Shown here: positions 52,701 through 64,000 of the stretch, piece after piece
Layout of the letters: each line of letters begins with the position of its first letter
How positions within the stretch are numbered: the first letter of the stretch is position 1
NCBI GenBank assembly: GCA_964016885.1
Contig: OZ024743.1
Span: 28,644,001-28,708,000, forward strand
Direction: 5' to 3'
Length of the DNA stretch: 64,000 bases
Source: Eledone cirrhosa
Lineage: Eukaryota
Position numbers and translations under genes: made by a program
Notes under the pieces: model-generated
Told to the model about the DNA's origin: nothing
The model's database searches: none
Seen by the model: only the letters and a program-made list of their open reading frames with translations

Positions 52701-52789
<89 letters not shown>

Positions 52790-52989
52790 GCGTTCACACC
52801 CACCCACACAGTGCTGATACAGATGCCACATGACATGCAAAATCAAGATGTATGGAGTACTTAGAGGTGTTATTTACATGAGTATGATTGCTATGACTTG
52901 GTCGCCCCCCTTTTGACACACGTCCTCATCTCTCACAAGCGTCTCTTTTGAACCCCATTCCGGGAGCTAACTAATATCCCTCATATATT

Positions 52990-53570
52990 TAACTGTTCGC
53001 TTCACTTTACCATAAGCCCTCCGCTTCTGTTCAAATTCCTTAACACCACCAGCAATCAGCTATTGACACCACGCTCTGCCTGTTGCAAGATTTCTCATGT
53101 TTCGGTGTATCTTTCAGGCAGTCTTTAAAGCGGTTGTATGTCTTACACTGCAGGCGTTTGCTTTGCAAGAGTTCTCCATACAATACTTGTTTTGGGAGTC
53201 TGATATCTTCTAGGTTTTCTATACGACCTAACCAACGAAGACGTTATTTCAAGATCATGGTGTTGATACTTGACACAGGCCCACTGCAGCCCATCAGAAA
53301 TCTGCATGAGATAGTGAGGATGGAGCACAAGCATTGTTGGTGGAAAAGTTTGAGGCGCTGGATATTCCCACAGTGTATTACCCATGTCTCACATACATAC
53401 AGCAACGCTGTAATCACACAAACGTGGTACTCTTCAACTTTTGTGCGCACAATGATATCTGACAGTGCTTCACCAACTTACCAAAAGAACCGGAAGATTT
53501 AGACAGCCTGTAAGTTAGCTCTTCAATATGTTTCCTGGTCCAGTAGCGATTACTAAACAGGTACATACAT
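52990..53570 (-). mobile_element. Degraded RTE 3' fragment
   Basis: RTKVEEYHVCVITALLYVCETW..LKLFHQQCL (ORF 53450-53244). Confidence 0.75.
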
Positions 53571-53714
53571 AGATGTATAGGGTGAAAGCAGAAATTGCTG
53601 AAACTTTTAATTGGTGCTAATAATAAATATTTGCTCTACGAGTTCATGTTTACTAATATATACAACCCTTATCGAATCCTCTTTGGATTTTGATCTTTGT
53701 AATTGTAATTTTAT

Positions 53715-53786
<72 letters not shown>

Positions 53787-53790
<4 letters not shown>

Positions 53791-54192
53791 TGGTGTGTAT
53801 GAATATAACAAGAGACGTGGTTTGTGTATATAACGTTTTATTAACAATTTGCAGTTATGTAGAATAGTATAGTTGACATGTCAATGAGTAGTAGATGAGA
53901 GAATGAAGTAAAGTTATTAGTTACCGTTTTGAAGTTAGCTCGCAACAGGCCATGTTAGGGTTGCCAGACGAACGCGCCTGGCCAAAGGGCCAGGCAGGTT
54001 AGAAGGCCAGGAGCCGAAAGGCAAATGAGAGGTATAGATCGCTCTGAGTATCCCTTTTATAGGGTCCAAGACGGAAGTGACAAAAAGGGTTCTGCCACCC
54101 CAACGGGAAGTAACTCCAGCTACTTCCTGTCTAGAGAGCGTTAATCTATTGGTGATGTGAGTGTCACAACAAGGGAGGCAACTCTTGCTACA
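53787..54192 (-). mobile_element. Probable solo LTR
   Basis: Minus strand starts TGTAGC, has CTATAAAAGGG (TATA-like) and AATAAA, and ends in a ~60-nt block shared with the sequence before the gypsy PBS. Confidence 0.45.
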
Positions 54193-54352
54193 TTATCCCC
54201 CGCCAGATTTTTAAAACATAAAAATCGAATGAAACATGTATGGAGTAAGATGGCGAGCATGTAACAGGCATGAAAATTACGAAAAAAATAATGTTTGCAA
54301 TAAAAGGAAAACACCAAAATATATGCATGCAAAAATCAATGATAGATATCAA

Positions 54353-56887
54353 TGTAGCCAACCGCTCTTGGCCAGAGAACGACTGGACATCTATCTATCC
54401 ATCACCCAGAGATACAATGTAATCAAAGTAAAAGAAGAGGTCAAAGTTCAAATGTTCAAAATACAGTTCACATGTGTGCAATCACATGACAGCAGGAAAG
54501 AAAGTGTGTTCCAGAGAATGAATGCAGGTGGTTTCTGGTCTGTGGTATAACGTGAAATTTCCAACCTCCGAAGGGATTTTCTCACAGGAAGAGTGCTGCA
54601 AAAATAAATTCTCTGGCTTGTTCTGCTGGTTTTGGTTGATGATGAAGCTGTGTTGTTGTTGATGTTGTTGTCTCGCGGAGTGAGCGTATTCGATGTTTAA
54701 ATTCACAGTAAAAATTTTCCCAGACAAAATGAGTTGCGCAAAGTGCTAGAAATAACAGCCAAAGTTGATTGTCGATGTTGAGAATGCGTTGACCTGGAAG
54801 GGTCAAGAGGCCAGCGACCAAAGAAATAAGCATTCTGAATAAATGCGCAGTTTTCAACGGCAAATTTACGTGGTAAATTTTTAAACCGGCAAATAGGAGA
54901 ATATTGCTTAAGGCTGGAGAATCCTTGACGAGAAACATTATCCCTGGCGTGTGGTTATCTCAGTGAATCGAGATGTCTGCTGCCTACACGTGCCGAAACA
55001 AGGTTAAGTTGAGAAAAAAAAAATTTCTATTGCGTGAGAAAATGGCGCGAAAATGATTGTGCAACAGGTCGTTGGCAGCTATTTTGAAAAATGTGTGTGT
55101 GAACGTGACAATATGATGAAAAAGAAAGAAAGGCTTCACTTAGTATAACAAATATGGCGAGTTCAATTTTTGTGAACGATGAAAAAAAAAACTTGCTGGA
55201 AAGAATAAGCAGTAGTTGAGATTCAGCAAAAATAAATGTTCATGTTGAAAAAGAGTGTCTGAACGACAATTTCACATGTGCGTGTGTTCGTTTCTGTGTC
55301 TGCGAATTTTTCCTAGTTTGTTAATAAAACGTTATATACACAACCTAGTGTCTTGTTATATTCATACACACCAGTATTTTGTTATAAGTGGTGACCCCGA
55401 ATAGAAAAGAAAAAATAACAGAATCTGGTGTTGTGTGGGTATGGAAAAAAGAAAATTAATTAACAGTACCTCATTTTCGTTGGAATTTTTCGACCAACAT
55501 TTCGAGTCCGCACTGGGTGCACGATCCAACACTGTGGTTCGCGCACATTGAAGCGCAGTTCGCATCGAACCGGATCGTTAGCGAGGCATCCCGTCTCACA
55601 CATGTCATCGGTTCGATGTCCTCGGAGATTATGAATGAGGTTCGAGACCTCATTTTAGCACCACCCGGCTCTGTGTCATATGACTCATTTAAAAGAACAT
55701 TAGTTAAGCGGACGTCGGAGTCGCAGCAGAAGCGTTTGCACCAGCTCCTCATATCGGAGGAATTAGGAGATAAAAAGCCGACACAACTCCTACGGCGAAT
55801 GAAGCAGCTTCTGGGTGAACATAAACTCCCGGATGAAATTTTCAAGCAACTCTTCCTCCAGCGTTTACCTTCTGCCACACAGGGAGTCCACCAGGGAGTC
55901 CACCACCATAGAGGAACTCGCCGAGCTGGCAGATAAGATCATGGAGGTACCACATCCGCACTCAAAAATAGCGAATGTGACGCCAGCCGTGCCTTCCACC
56001 AATCCTTTCCTTCAGCCCTCCAGTGCCACTGACGTTGCTGGCCCTCATAACCAAAGTCGCCTATTTTTCATTCAGGATCGCGTCACAGGCACGCGTTTCC
56101 TGGTCGACACCGGTGCTGAAGTCAGCATCATCCCGGTTTTCCTGCGTTCCTGGAAAAAGGAGAAAGACACCAGCCTGGCTCCAGGCGGTGAATCACTCAC
56201 ATATTCCGACCTACGGAGAACAGTCCCTGACACTAAATTTGGGACTACGCCGCACTTTCCAGTGTGTATTCGTTGTGGCTAAGCTGCCGACCCCTATTTT
56301 AGGAGCTGATTTTCTTCACCACTTCTCGCTGCTAGTGGATCTGAAAAACCAACGACTCGTTGACAACACCACTGGTCTCGCTGTGCGCGGCATAGCCGCT
56401 AGGACAGCCACAGTCAGTCCAGTGATTTCACGATCGACAACAACAACCCGGCACAACCACATCATCAACAAATACCCAGACGTAGCTCGACCACTATTCA
56501 ACGCTTGCCCTGTAAAACATGATGTCACACACCACATAAAAACACACGGCCCACCTGTCGCTGCACGACCTAGAAGGCTACCACCAGACCGGCTGGAGTC
56601 CGTCAAACAAGAATTTCAGCACATGCTGGATCTCGGCATCATACGTCCGTCCAGCAGCAACTGGTCCTCACCCATACACTGTGTACCCAAGAAGTCGTCG
56701 AACGACTGGCGAATCTGTGGCGACTACTGTGCACTGAACAACTGCACCTTTCCTGATTCTTATCTAGCTCGCTGCACGGGGCTCGCATATTTTCGAAGAT
56801 CGATCTTGTGCGAGCTTACAATCAGATACTCGTTGAGCCCGCAGATATTCCAAAGACCGCAGTCACAACACCCTTTGGAATGTTCGA
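54353..56887 (+). mobile_element. Ty3/gypsy LTR retrotransposon, 5' half (putative LTR, PBS, gag, protease, start of RT); CsRN1-like
   Basis: PBS-like TGGTGACCCCGA at ~55389. Gag DPTLWFAHIEAQF..LGDKKPTQLLRRM; protease FLVDTGAEVSI; PILGADFL; RT GIIRPSSSNWSSPIHCVPK..WRICGDY..TPFGMFE, then truncated. LTR start uncertain. Confidence 0.85.
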
Positions 56888-57430
56888 AAAAACGGTTCAG
56901 TACTATACGAACATGCTAGACAACAACACGACGGTAACATAAACATAGAAATTAGAATAATATCTAAACATAGAAATGACCCAGCAAATAGGCAAATCAG
57001 AGAGGCCAGCGAAATAGAACTTAGAAGACCAAGGCTAAACAGAAAAAATGAATGGAATAGCAACACCCAAACAAACAACACTGACCTAAGAGAAGTATAA
57101 ATATATAAATAAATACATACACAAGCACAATAACAACAAACACATACAAACACACACTAGTAAACTAAGATAGAATACAATAACCAATGCACAGTCACCT
57201 AAACACGAACACACATCAAACAAAACACTATACACACACGCAAACGCATGCGCAGAGAAGACAAAAAAATAAACAAATAAATAAACAGACTAAATAAAGA
57301 TGGCGTAGGCATACAATGTAACGGGGGGAAACATAATAGCACCACTGACGATGTTGCAGATGTGCAACGAAAGAACTTTGTTGGACTATATGTATATGTG
57401 TTTGTGTCTATATTGTATTTGTATTTTTGA
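56888..57430 (+). mobile_element. PLE 3' remnant (GIY-YIG C-terminus plus pseudo-LTR)
   Basis: Hand translation, not in the ORF track: [34 protein letters not shown] sense-strand HHR follows. Confidence 0.7.
57340..57383 (+). ncRNA. Type I hammerhead motif
   Basis: CACCA-CTGACGA-T-GTTGCA gatg TGCAAC-GAAA-GAAC-TT-TGTTG. One stem I mismatch. Confidence 0.65.
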
Positions 57431-57661
57431 CCGTTGGTCAATCAATGGTAATATTGAGGACCGAATAAATTAAATTAACCGATATAAAGGACACAGAAGT
57501 GAAAACCAACCAAACAGTGAGTGTGTTCTATTATTAATTCTGGCAATATTATTACACAAATATGACCCTCCCCAAGTATAACAATATTTGTTTCGACACT
57601 CGATTTCATATAAAAAACCTCGCAAAACTAATATATATATATATATAATTGAATATATGCG

Positions 57662-57893
57662 GGGAATGAACACCGATACAAGTATACATGTGTTCCAATT
57701 GCAAATGACCAAGTTAGCTAGATTGAAAATATATATATATATATCATAGATTGAGTTAGAAACTCAAAATATTCTTTTACTTTTATAATTAAATCGAGAC
57801 AGGCAAACCACATTGTTTTAAATTAGTATCTTTTCAACGTAGATAACTTGGTCATTTGCAGAACACATGTATACTTGTATCGGTGTTCATCCC
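57662..57893. repeat. Inverted repeat with ~55-bp arms (MITE-like)
   Basis: ATGAACACCGATACAAGTATACATGTGTTC..TGCAAATGACCAAGTTA versus TAACTTGGTCATTTGCA-GAACACATGTATACTTGTATCGGTGTTCAT. Confidence 0.85.
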
Positions 57894-57972
57894 TCTCTCA
57901 TATATATATATGTGTGTGAACCTAATAAACCTTTATTTATCTGCCTCTCTGTTTCGTTCCCGTCCAAATTTG

Positions 57973-58024
<52 letters not shown>

Positions 58025-58070
58025 AAATAAAATAAATAAGTGAAATTTTTAAAATTTGGCTTCGTTTATT

Positions 58071-58127
58071 ACTGCTATATATATATTTCGGTGACAGCCA
58101 TCTTTGGCTGTGACCTCTTCAGGAAGT
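58071..58127 (-). ncRNA. Type I hammerhead, third copy of the 27146 family
   Basis: Minus: ACTTC-CTGAAGA-GGTC ACAGCCA aaga TGGCTGT CACC-GAAA-TATATATA-TA-GCAGT. Confidence 0.72.
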
Positions 58128-58375
58128 CCGAATTAGTGTGGTAGAGACGAGTACACATGTTGTTGAGGTGTATAACTTTGTCAATACTCTGATATGCCCA
58201 GTTCCTGGTTGGGTTGTTATTTCACTGAGGAACTGATTCCAGAATTAGCCGTCGAAACGGCTTGAGCTCAGCCGTCGGGGTCCTACTCGTTCCTATTACC
58301 CACTCTACTACTACCCTAAGTATTGAGTACTTTGGTGCGTTATGGACCACCTGGTTCCTTACCACATTTCCTTCG

Positions 58376-58462
<87 letters not shown>

Positions 58463-58674
58463 GGCAGCTACCCCTTCACCTCTTTGCTAAGTTGTTCTCT
58501 ATTTCACAGCAACAGTTTTCCCATTCTATGACGAGATTATTGTCTAGTTCTCCCGTGTTTGTGTTTTTCACACTGTCTAGATGTAGCTTAGCTCACCTTT
58601 CATTATCTGCGCTTCACCTACCATATGTTTGTGTAGTGCCCATAGATCTGAGAGACCATCATCGTTACACATTA

Positions 58675-58830
58675 TTATGCTTTGACGCATAGAGTTACGA
58701 CCCTTGCCATTCTGAGTTCAAATCCCGCCAAGGTTAACTTTGCCTTTTATCCTTACGGGGTCGATAAAATAAAGTACCAGTAATGTACTGGGTGATTGCT
58801 GGCCTTGTGCCAAAAGTAGAAACAATTATT
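58675..58830 (+). mobile_element. SINE family A, 5'-truncated
   Basis: Core and tail match. Confidence 0.82.
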
Positions 58831-58987
58831 AGACTTAGATGCCGTACATTATTTGTATTCCTATTTCGTCCTCGACATGCAATTTCTCGTAATTCCTGTT
58901 CCATTTTCGTATTTAACTATCTAGTTAAACACCGCGACCCCGAATGGACCAGCAGTGGTACTTGTTGCCGAATAAATGAATAAATAA

Positions 58988-59032
<45 letters not shown>

Positions 59033-59037
<5 letters not shown>

Positions 59038-59111
59038 GTTGTCCCCAAAAATGTATACACGCTTCAACAGTATTCTAATAAAAGTGTATATATTTTTGGA
59101 GACACAGTGTA
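59033..59111. mobile_element. Tiny Tc1/mariner-type MITE
   Basis: TACAGGTTGTCCCCAAAAATGTATACAC...GTGTATATATTTTTGGAGACACAGTGTA. Confidence 0.6.
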
Positions 59112-59210
59112 TGTATGTGTGTATTTAAAAGGTAAACAGAAATAACAACACAATCGGTACAGTATATGGAAGGAATATCTTAGGTTAACGCTTGAAATAG
59201 CAGAAAGAGT

Positions 59211-59253
59211 GTCTTAACGTAACGTTTCGGATGCTAGTCCTTCATCAGGAGAA
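59211..59253 (-). ncRNA. Type I hammerhead motif with weak stem I
   Basis: Minus: TTCTC-CTGATGA-A-GGA ctagca TCC-GAAA-CGTtACG-TT-AAGAC. Confidence 0.55.
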
Positions 59254-59290
59254 AGAATGAGAAATTAGATATATTGAACGGACGGGCGGG

Positions 59291-59358
<68 letters not shown>

Positions 59359-59362
59359 TTAC

Positions 59363-59439
<77 letters not shown>

Positions 59440-59469
59440 CGTGTGTGTGTGTTTGTGTCTGTCTGACTG

Positions 59470-59502
<33 letters not shown>

Positions 59503-60086
59503 ATACTCTTTTATGTGTTCCAGACAACAGGCTTGGACCATATATATGTCTATATTTATATTGTGTTCTTACAAAAATAGTACCTTCAGTATTACCAAAT
59601 TATAGTTCGCATTTTGTAGCAAGATAGCTGCTGCAGAGCAGCATGGGACTTTCTTATTGAACTATTTTTGTTCGGAAAAAGGAAAACTAAACATACAAGC
59701 AAAATCGTGAACTAATTTCTTTCAAAGTCGAGTTTCTTTTCATGTGACATGCATTAATTTGCAGGTCAATTTACGCTGGTGTAGATTCGATAAATATGAC
59801 AACGGCTTGAAATATTAAACATATTCAACTGGGATTGAATTAAAAGTAGCGTTCATATAATAGAATTTGTATGAATCAGAACAACGAAATGGGATTTGTT
59901 CTATTGAGAGTGTCAATATCTTTTGAAGAATCTGTTTGTCTGCTTAGAAGCCGTATGTTAAGAAAAAAAACGTAATTTACTGAAAAAGAAAGAAAGTATC
60001 TGCTGGGATGTGAGCATTATTCAGTTTTCCAAACTGACTTTAGTGGCCAATACCAATATTCGTGTTTAAAATGTCTATCTATATAA

Positions 60087-60251
60087 AGGAGCAAGTATGA
60101 TTGTCTGGTTAAGGATTTCGCGTAGCAACCACGTGGTGTCAGGTTCAGTCCCACTGCTTAGCACTGTGTGTCTTTTACTGTAGCGTCGGGTTGACCGATA
60201 TATTGTGAGTGAAATTTGATAAAAGGAAACTGTGAAAGTCCTTCGTATATA

Positions 60252-60284
<33 letters not shown>

Positions 60285-60460
60285 TGGGGGGGGGGGTATT
60301 TATGTTTAATGTTTGTCATTTATGTTCCATGACTTGGTGGTATGACAATTAGGGATCGATAAAATAATTTTAAAAATAGGTAGTGAGGTTGATATCATCG
60401 ACTGAATTCCTTCAAGGCGGTAAATCAGCATGGCTACAGTCCTTGACTGAAACAAAGAAA
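60087..60460 (+). mobile_element. tRNA-derived SINE family C with internal (TA)n, resembling an abundant Octopus SINE
   Basis: CAACCACGTGGT..GGTTCAGTCCCACTGC head, TTGTGAGTG..GGAAACTG body, CAGCATGGC..CAGTC..TGACTGAAACAA tail. Family assignment is from memory only. Confidence 0.65.
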
Positions 60461-60597
60461 AGCAACAAGCAATGAAGTGGAACAACTATTTTGTACACTT
60501 CTAGAATAATCGAACAAGGTACGTAACTTGTACTTCATTTATTGAAACCGCAAAATGAGTAGCAAAGTTGACCTCAGAATGTAAAGAACCGGAACAA

Positions 60598-61120
60598 ATT
60601 GTCAGAATCGGTAGAGCGTCTAACAAAATGCATTGCGCTATTTAGTTACGACCTTTTTTACGTTTCTGCTGCGCCAAGGTTAACTTTGCCTGGCATCCTT
60701 ACAGCGTCGATAAACTAGAGTACCAATCAAGCACTGGGGTTAATATAATCGATTTCCCCTCCCTAAATTGTTAGCCTTTCATCCTTACGAGGTCTATAAA
60801 ATAAAGTACCAATAAGTACTGGGATCGATTTAATCGACATTCCCCTCCCCCTTCAAATTGCTGGCATTGTGCTTAAAAGCAGAGACAATTATTATCAGGG
60901 CGGCGAATTGGCAGTATCAGTAGAGCGTCGGACACTATGCTTTGTGGCATAGAGTTATGGGCATTTACGATCTCAGTTCAAATCCCGGCGGGGTTAGCTT
61001 TGCTTTTCATCCTTACAGGCTCAATAAAATAAAGTACCAGTAATGTACTGGTTGGATTTAATCGACTTTCCCTTTCCCAAATATTGTTGACCTTCTGCCT
61101 AAATCAGAAACCATTATTAT
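60598..61120 (+). mobile_element. Tandem SINE family A copies
   Basis: CATCCTTAC cores at ~60695, ~60780 and ~61008. Confidence 0.8.
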
Positions 61121-61521
61121 CATTGGTAGATTAGTGGAGGATGAAGACACTCCAACACTCTCACAACATTGTTCCCTACAGTTATTGATCAATGACCGAA
61201 ACTGGTAGAACAAAATATTATGCTGACATTATATATTTTACTTTTGTATTAATTTTACGACTTAAGAAAGTTAAAAGTGACCCAGTGTGAAAATAAACAT
61301 CAGAACGTAAAGCGACCTAACCGAATACGACAAGGTATTTTGTCCGATCATCTACCGGTGCTCCCACTTAGCCATACGTTAGTGGTTCTAGTTTGTTGGT
61401 GAGTATACACTACTTCCAATATTCAGAAATCCAATGCCGATGAAAGAAACACTTTTAATAAATTTACCACCAACAATGTGTATTCTCGTGCCGTTAAGAC
61501 AATCCTTATTTTTACTGTCCC

Positions 61522-61909
61522 TTCTATTATAATAATTGTTTCTACTTTTGGCACAAGACCAGCAATTACCCGAGTGCATTACTGGTGCTTTATTTTATTG
61601 ACCCCGTAAGGATGAATAGCAAAAGTAACTTTCGCGCGATTTGAACTCATAACGTAAAGGGCCATAACTCTATGGTGTCTGACGCTCTGCCGATACTACC
61701 AATGCACCACCGTCTGTTTGGCATTATCGGTAGAAGGTCGGACACCATGCTTTGCAGCATAGAGTTATGCCCTTTTATGGTCTGAGTTCAAATCCCACCG
61801 TGTTAACTTTGCCTTTCATCCTTACGGGGTCGATAAAATAAATTACCAGTAATGTACTAGGATAATTACTGGCCTTGTGACAAAACTAGAAACAATTATT
61901 ATAATAGAA
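61522..61909. mobile_element. Head-to-head inverted pair of SINE family A
   Basis: Minus copy ~61530-61712, plus copy ~61716-61902. Confidence 0.85.
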
Positions 61910-62499
61910 AATACACAGGAAACAATAGTTGTTAGTCGAGATAGGATGTGGGTGGACGACCTTGAGCAGATGGGTGAGATGTTTCTACAACAATGAGAAA
62001 TTAATTCATGAGTAGGAAAATTCTACCTGAATATACCTTGAAGGTAGGGAGATCTTGGAATATCTACTTAACCTTCAAAGTTTATTAGAGATGAATTTTC
62101 CTCATCTTCAAATAATAAGTTCACTGTAACATTTTTTCCGTCTGGCAGACATCACCTACACAAACCAATGAAAGGGACTGTGTGTGGTCACATGGACTGC
62201 TAGAAATAAATGCAGTTTATTATTTCTAAAACATGGTGGACAAGTTGTGGATAAGAGAATGGAGGCTAGGTAGATCAATTAGTTGGGCCTAGGATTTTAA
62301 AGGGTCTACACCACCAAAGTTCTTGTTGCAAGTACAATATGTACACTTCATATACATATATACAACCTAACCCATATATAAATTGCACAACAAAAAAATA
62401 CTTAATTGGCAGTTTGACATGGAATATGCATATCATCTCTGCCTTGGGCCTATTGCCAGGTTTGGAGGCCTACATTTCACATAAAGGTCAATTACGGAC

Positions 62500-62745
62500 G
62501 TTAACCGGGTCTGTACATATCGACAGTCTATCGACTTTCATCAAGTCGGACCGAGGAAACAATGTTTCCATTGGTCTTTCAAATTGCTAGTACTATCTAT
62601 CGGTCGCAAATCCAGGTAGAAAGTGCAATGTAAAATAAAGTGTCTTGCCCAAGGACATATTGCATCGCATCGCCCTGTCCGGAAATCGAACTCACAACCT
62701 CACGATTGCGAATCCAACTATCTAACCACTCAGCCACGAGCCTTC
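62500..62745 (-). mobile_element. tRNA-derived SINE family D (partial sister at ~36025-36130)
   Basis: Minus head GTGGCTGAGTGGTTAG..GAGTTCGATTTCC, then GTCCTTGGGCAAGACAC. TCGGACCGAGGAAACAATG is shared with ~36054. Confidence 0.65.
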
Positions 62746-63062
62746 GTTTCTGTACTTATATATACGTACTAATAAAGTCGAATTTGGACTTATATACAAT
62801 ATTCTTATGTATCCTAAAAGTGCATTTAGTCTCGCTGTAGGATATCTACCCATATATGGGATTAAGGGCGGTTTATTCGCGTTTCAGGGTCGTTATTTTT
62901 GTCAGCTCTTTCTTACGCCCCGATACCGGAATATGAAAGGCAGTAAAGCTATATAAATGTTGTATACATACATATACATACATACGTACATACATACATA
63001 CATACATACATACATACATACATACATACATACATACATACATACATACATACATACAAACA

Positions 63063-63675
63063 TACATGGTGGCTGCCAACGCGTTTTTGAGTACGGCCAC
63101 TACTTTATATCCATGAAGGCGAACCCCTACCGATGCGCTGAACGAGTGTGACTTTTTAGTCCAGCCAGCGACTTGAAAACTCTGGTACAAACACTACACT
63201 TGTGACAATTATTGACAAATAGTGCTGGGCCCATGGTACCATGTGACGACAAGTGCAGAGAGATCTCCAGATATAAAGCAACGCCTGTGCCGTGAAGCTT
63301 TTATCGTGAGCAAAGGCACTACACAAAGCCAGTCCCACTCTCTTAACCAAGATGATATTTACCAAAAAGAAGAACAAGTCAATATCATTGGATACCATCA
63401 GGTTTGCAGGTGTTATATCAGAGTTTTCCTTCTCCTAGAATTCTGCCTTGACAAAGGCTAAGGGGTCATCTCTCCCGGTGATTTTGGATGGCCATTGACT
63501 CTTAAGAGCTCCGTTGCCCTTTGACAGGTTTTGTTATTAGTCCTGCAGGATGTCCAAAGTCACCTTCCTAACCAAGAAACCTTGAGGGGGTTACCAGTTT
63601 AGTCGCCAACGACCCGACTATGAGCCAGGTTGTACTGGGATACATGTTACCAGTAGCACCAACTGGTAACCTGAC
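63063..63675 (-). mobile_element. Non-autonomous RTE derivative, copy 2
   Basis: Colinear with 31153-31790; (ACAT)n on both sides. Confidence 0.78.
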
Positions 63676-63769
63676 ATAATACATACATACATACATACAT
63701 ACATACATACATACATACATACATACATACATACATACATACATACATACATACATGCATACATACATA

Positions 63770-64000
63770 TATTGTTCATCTTGTCATTAAACCCCTTGTC
63801 CTTTCTGCTCAAGAAATGTGAGGGATATATCATTGACTCAAAGGAGGACAGAAATACGAACCTAACCCATAACTTCTTTGTGGACGATCTGAAACTCTAT
63901 GCCAAGAATATGGATGGGATGAAAAATCTTGACCTGGTTACAGCGTTCTCAAAGGATATAGGAATGGAGTTTGGCCAAGTTAAATGCTTAAACGTGACTG
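63770..64000 (+). mobile_element. R4/Dong-clade RT fragment, 5'-truncated; runs off the window
   Basis: LFILSLNPLSFLL, THNFFVDDLKLYA, FSKDIGMEFG..KC. Confidence 0.8.

Larger units (their letters stand above)
49044..52709. repeat. Large inverted repeat: arms ~49044-50164 and ~51432-52709
   Basis: Arms are reverse complements over many blocks (e.g. CAGTTATAGGGATGAGGTATAGG at ~49811 / CCTATACCTCATCCCTATAACTG at ~51779), apart from SINE insertions and indels. Confidence 0.92.

Overview
AT-rich, microsatellite-saturated animal DNA; the SINE repertoire and repeat style suggest an octopus or other coleoid cephalopod (inference). I found no host protein-coding gene. The window is almost entirely mobile DNA: R4/Dong-clade RLE LINEs (five pieces, two being near-identical inverted copies), two L1/Tx1 LINEs, several RTE LINEs plus a short non-autonomous RTE derivative, a GIY-YIG Penelope-like element (PLE) and PLE remnants, a truncated Ty3/gypsy element, Helentron-type non-autonomous elements, a Tc1/mariner relic, MITEs and many tRNA-derived SINEs. 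The strongest signal the ORF track misses is non-coding: about 10 complete and about 8 degenerate or half type-I hammerhead ribozyme (HHR) motifs from several families. They include a retrozyme-like tandem pair 526 nt apart and a 3.7-kb palindrome with an HHR in each arm and an RTE inserted in its loop. All structures were read by eye and none was computed.
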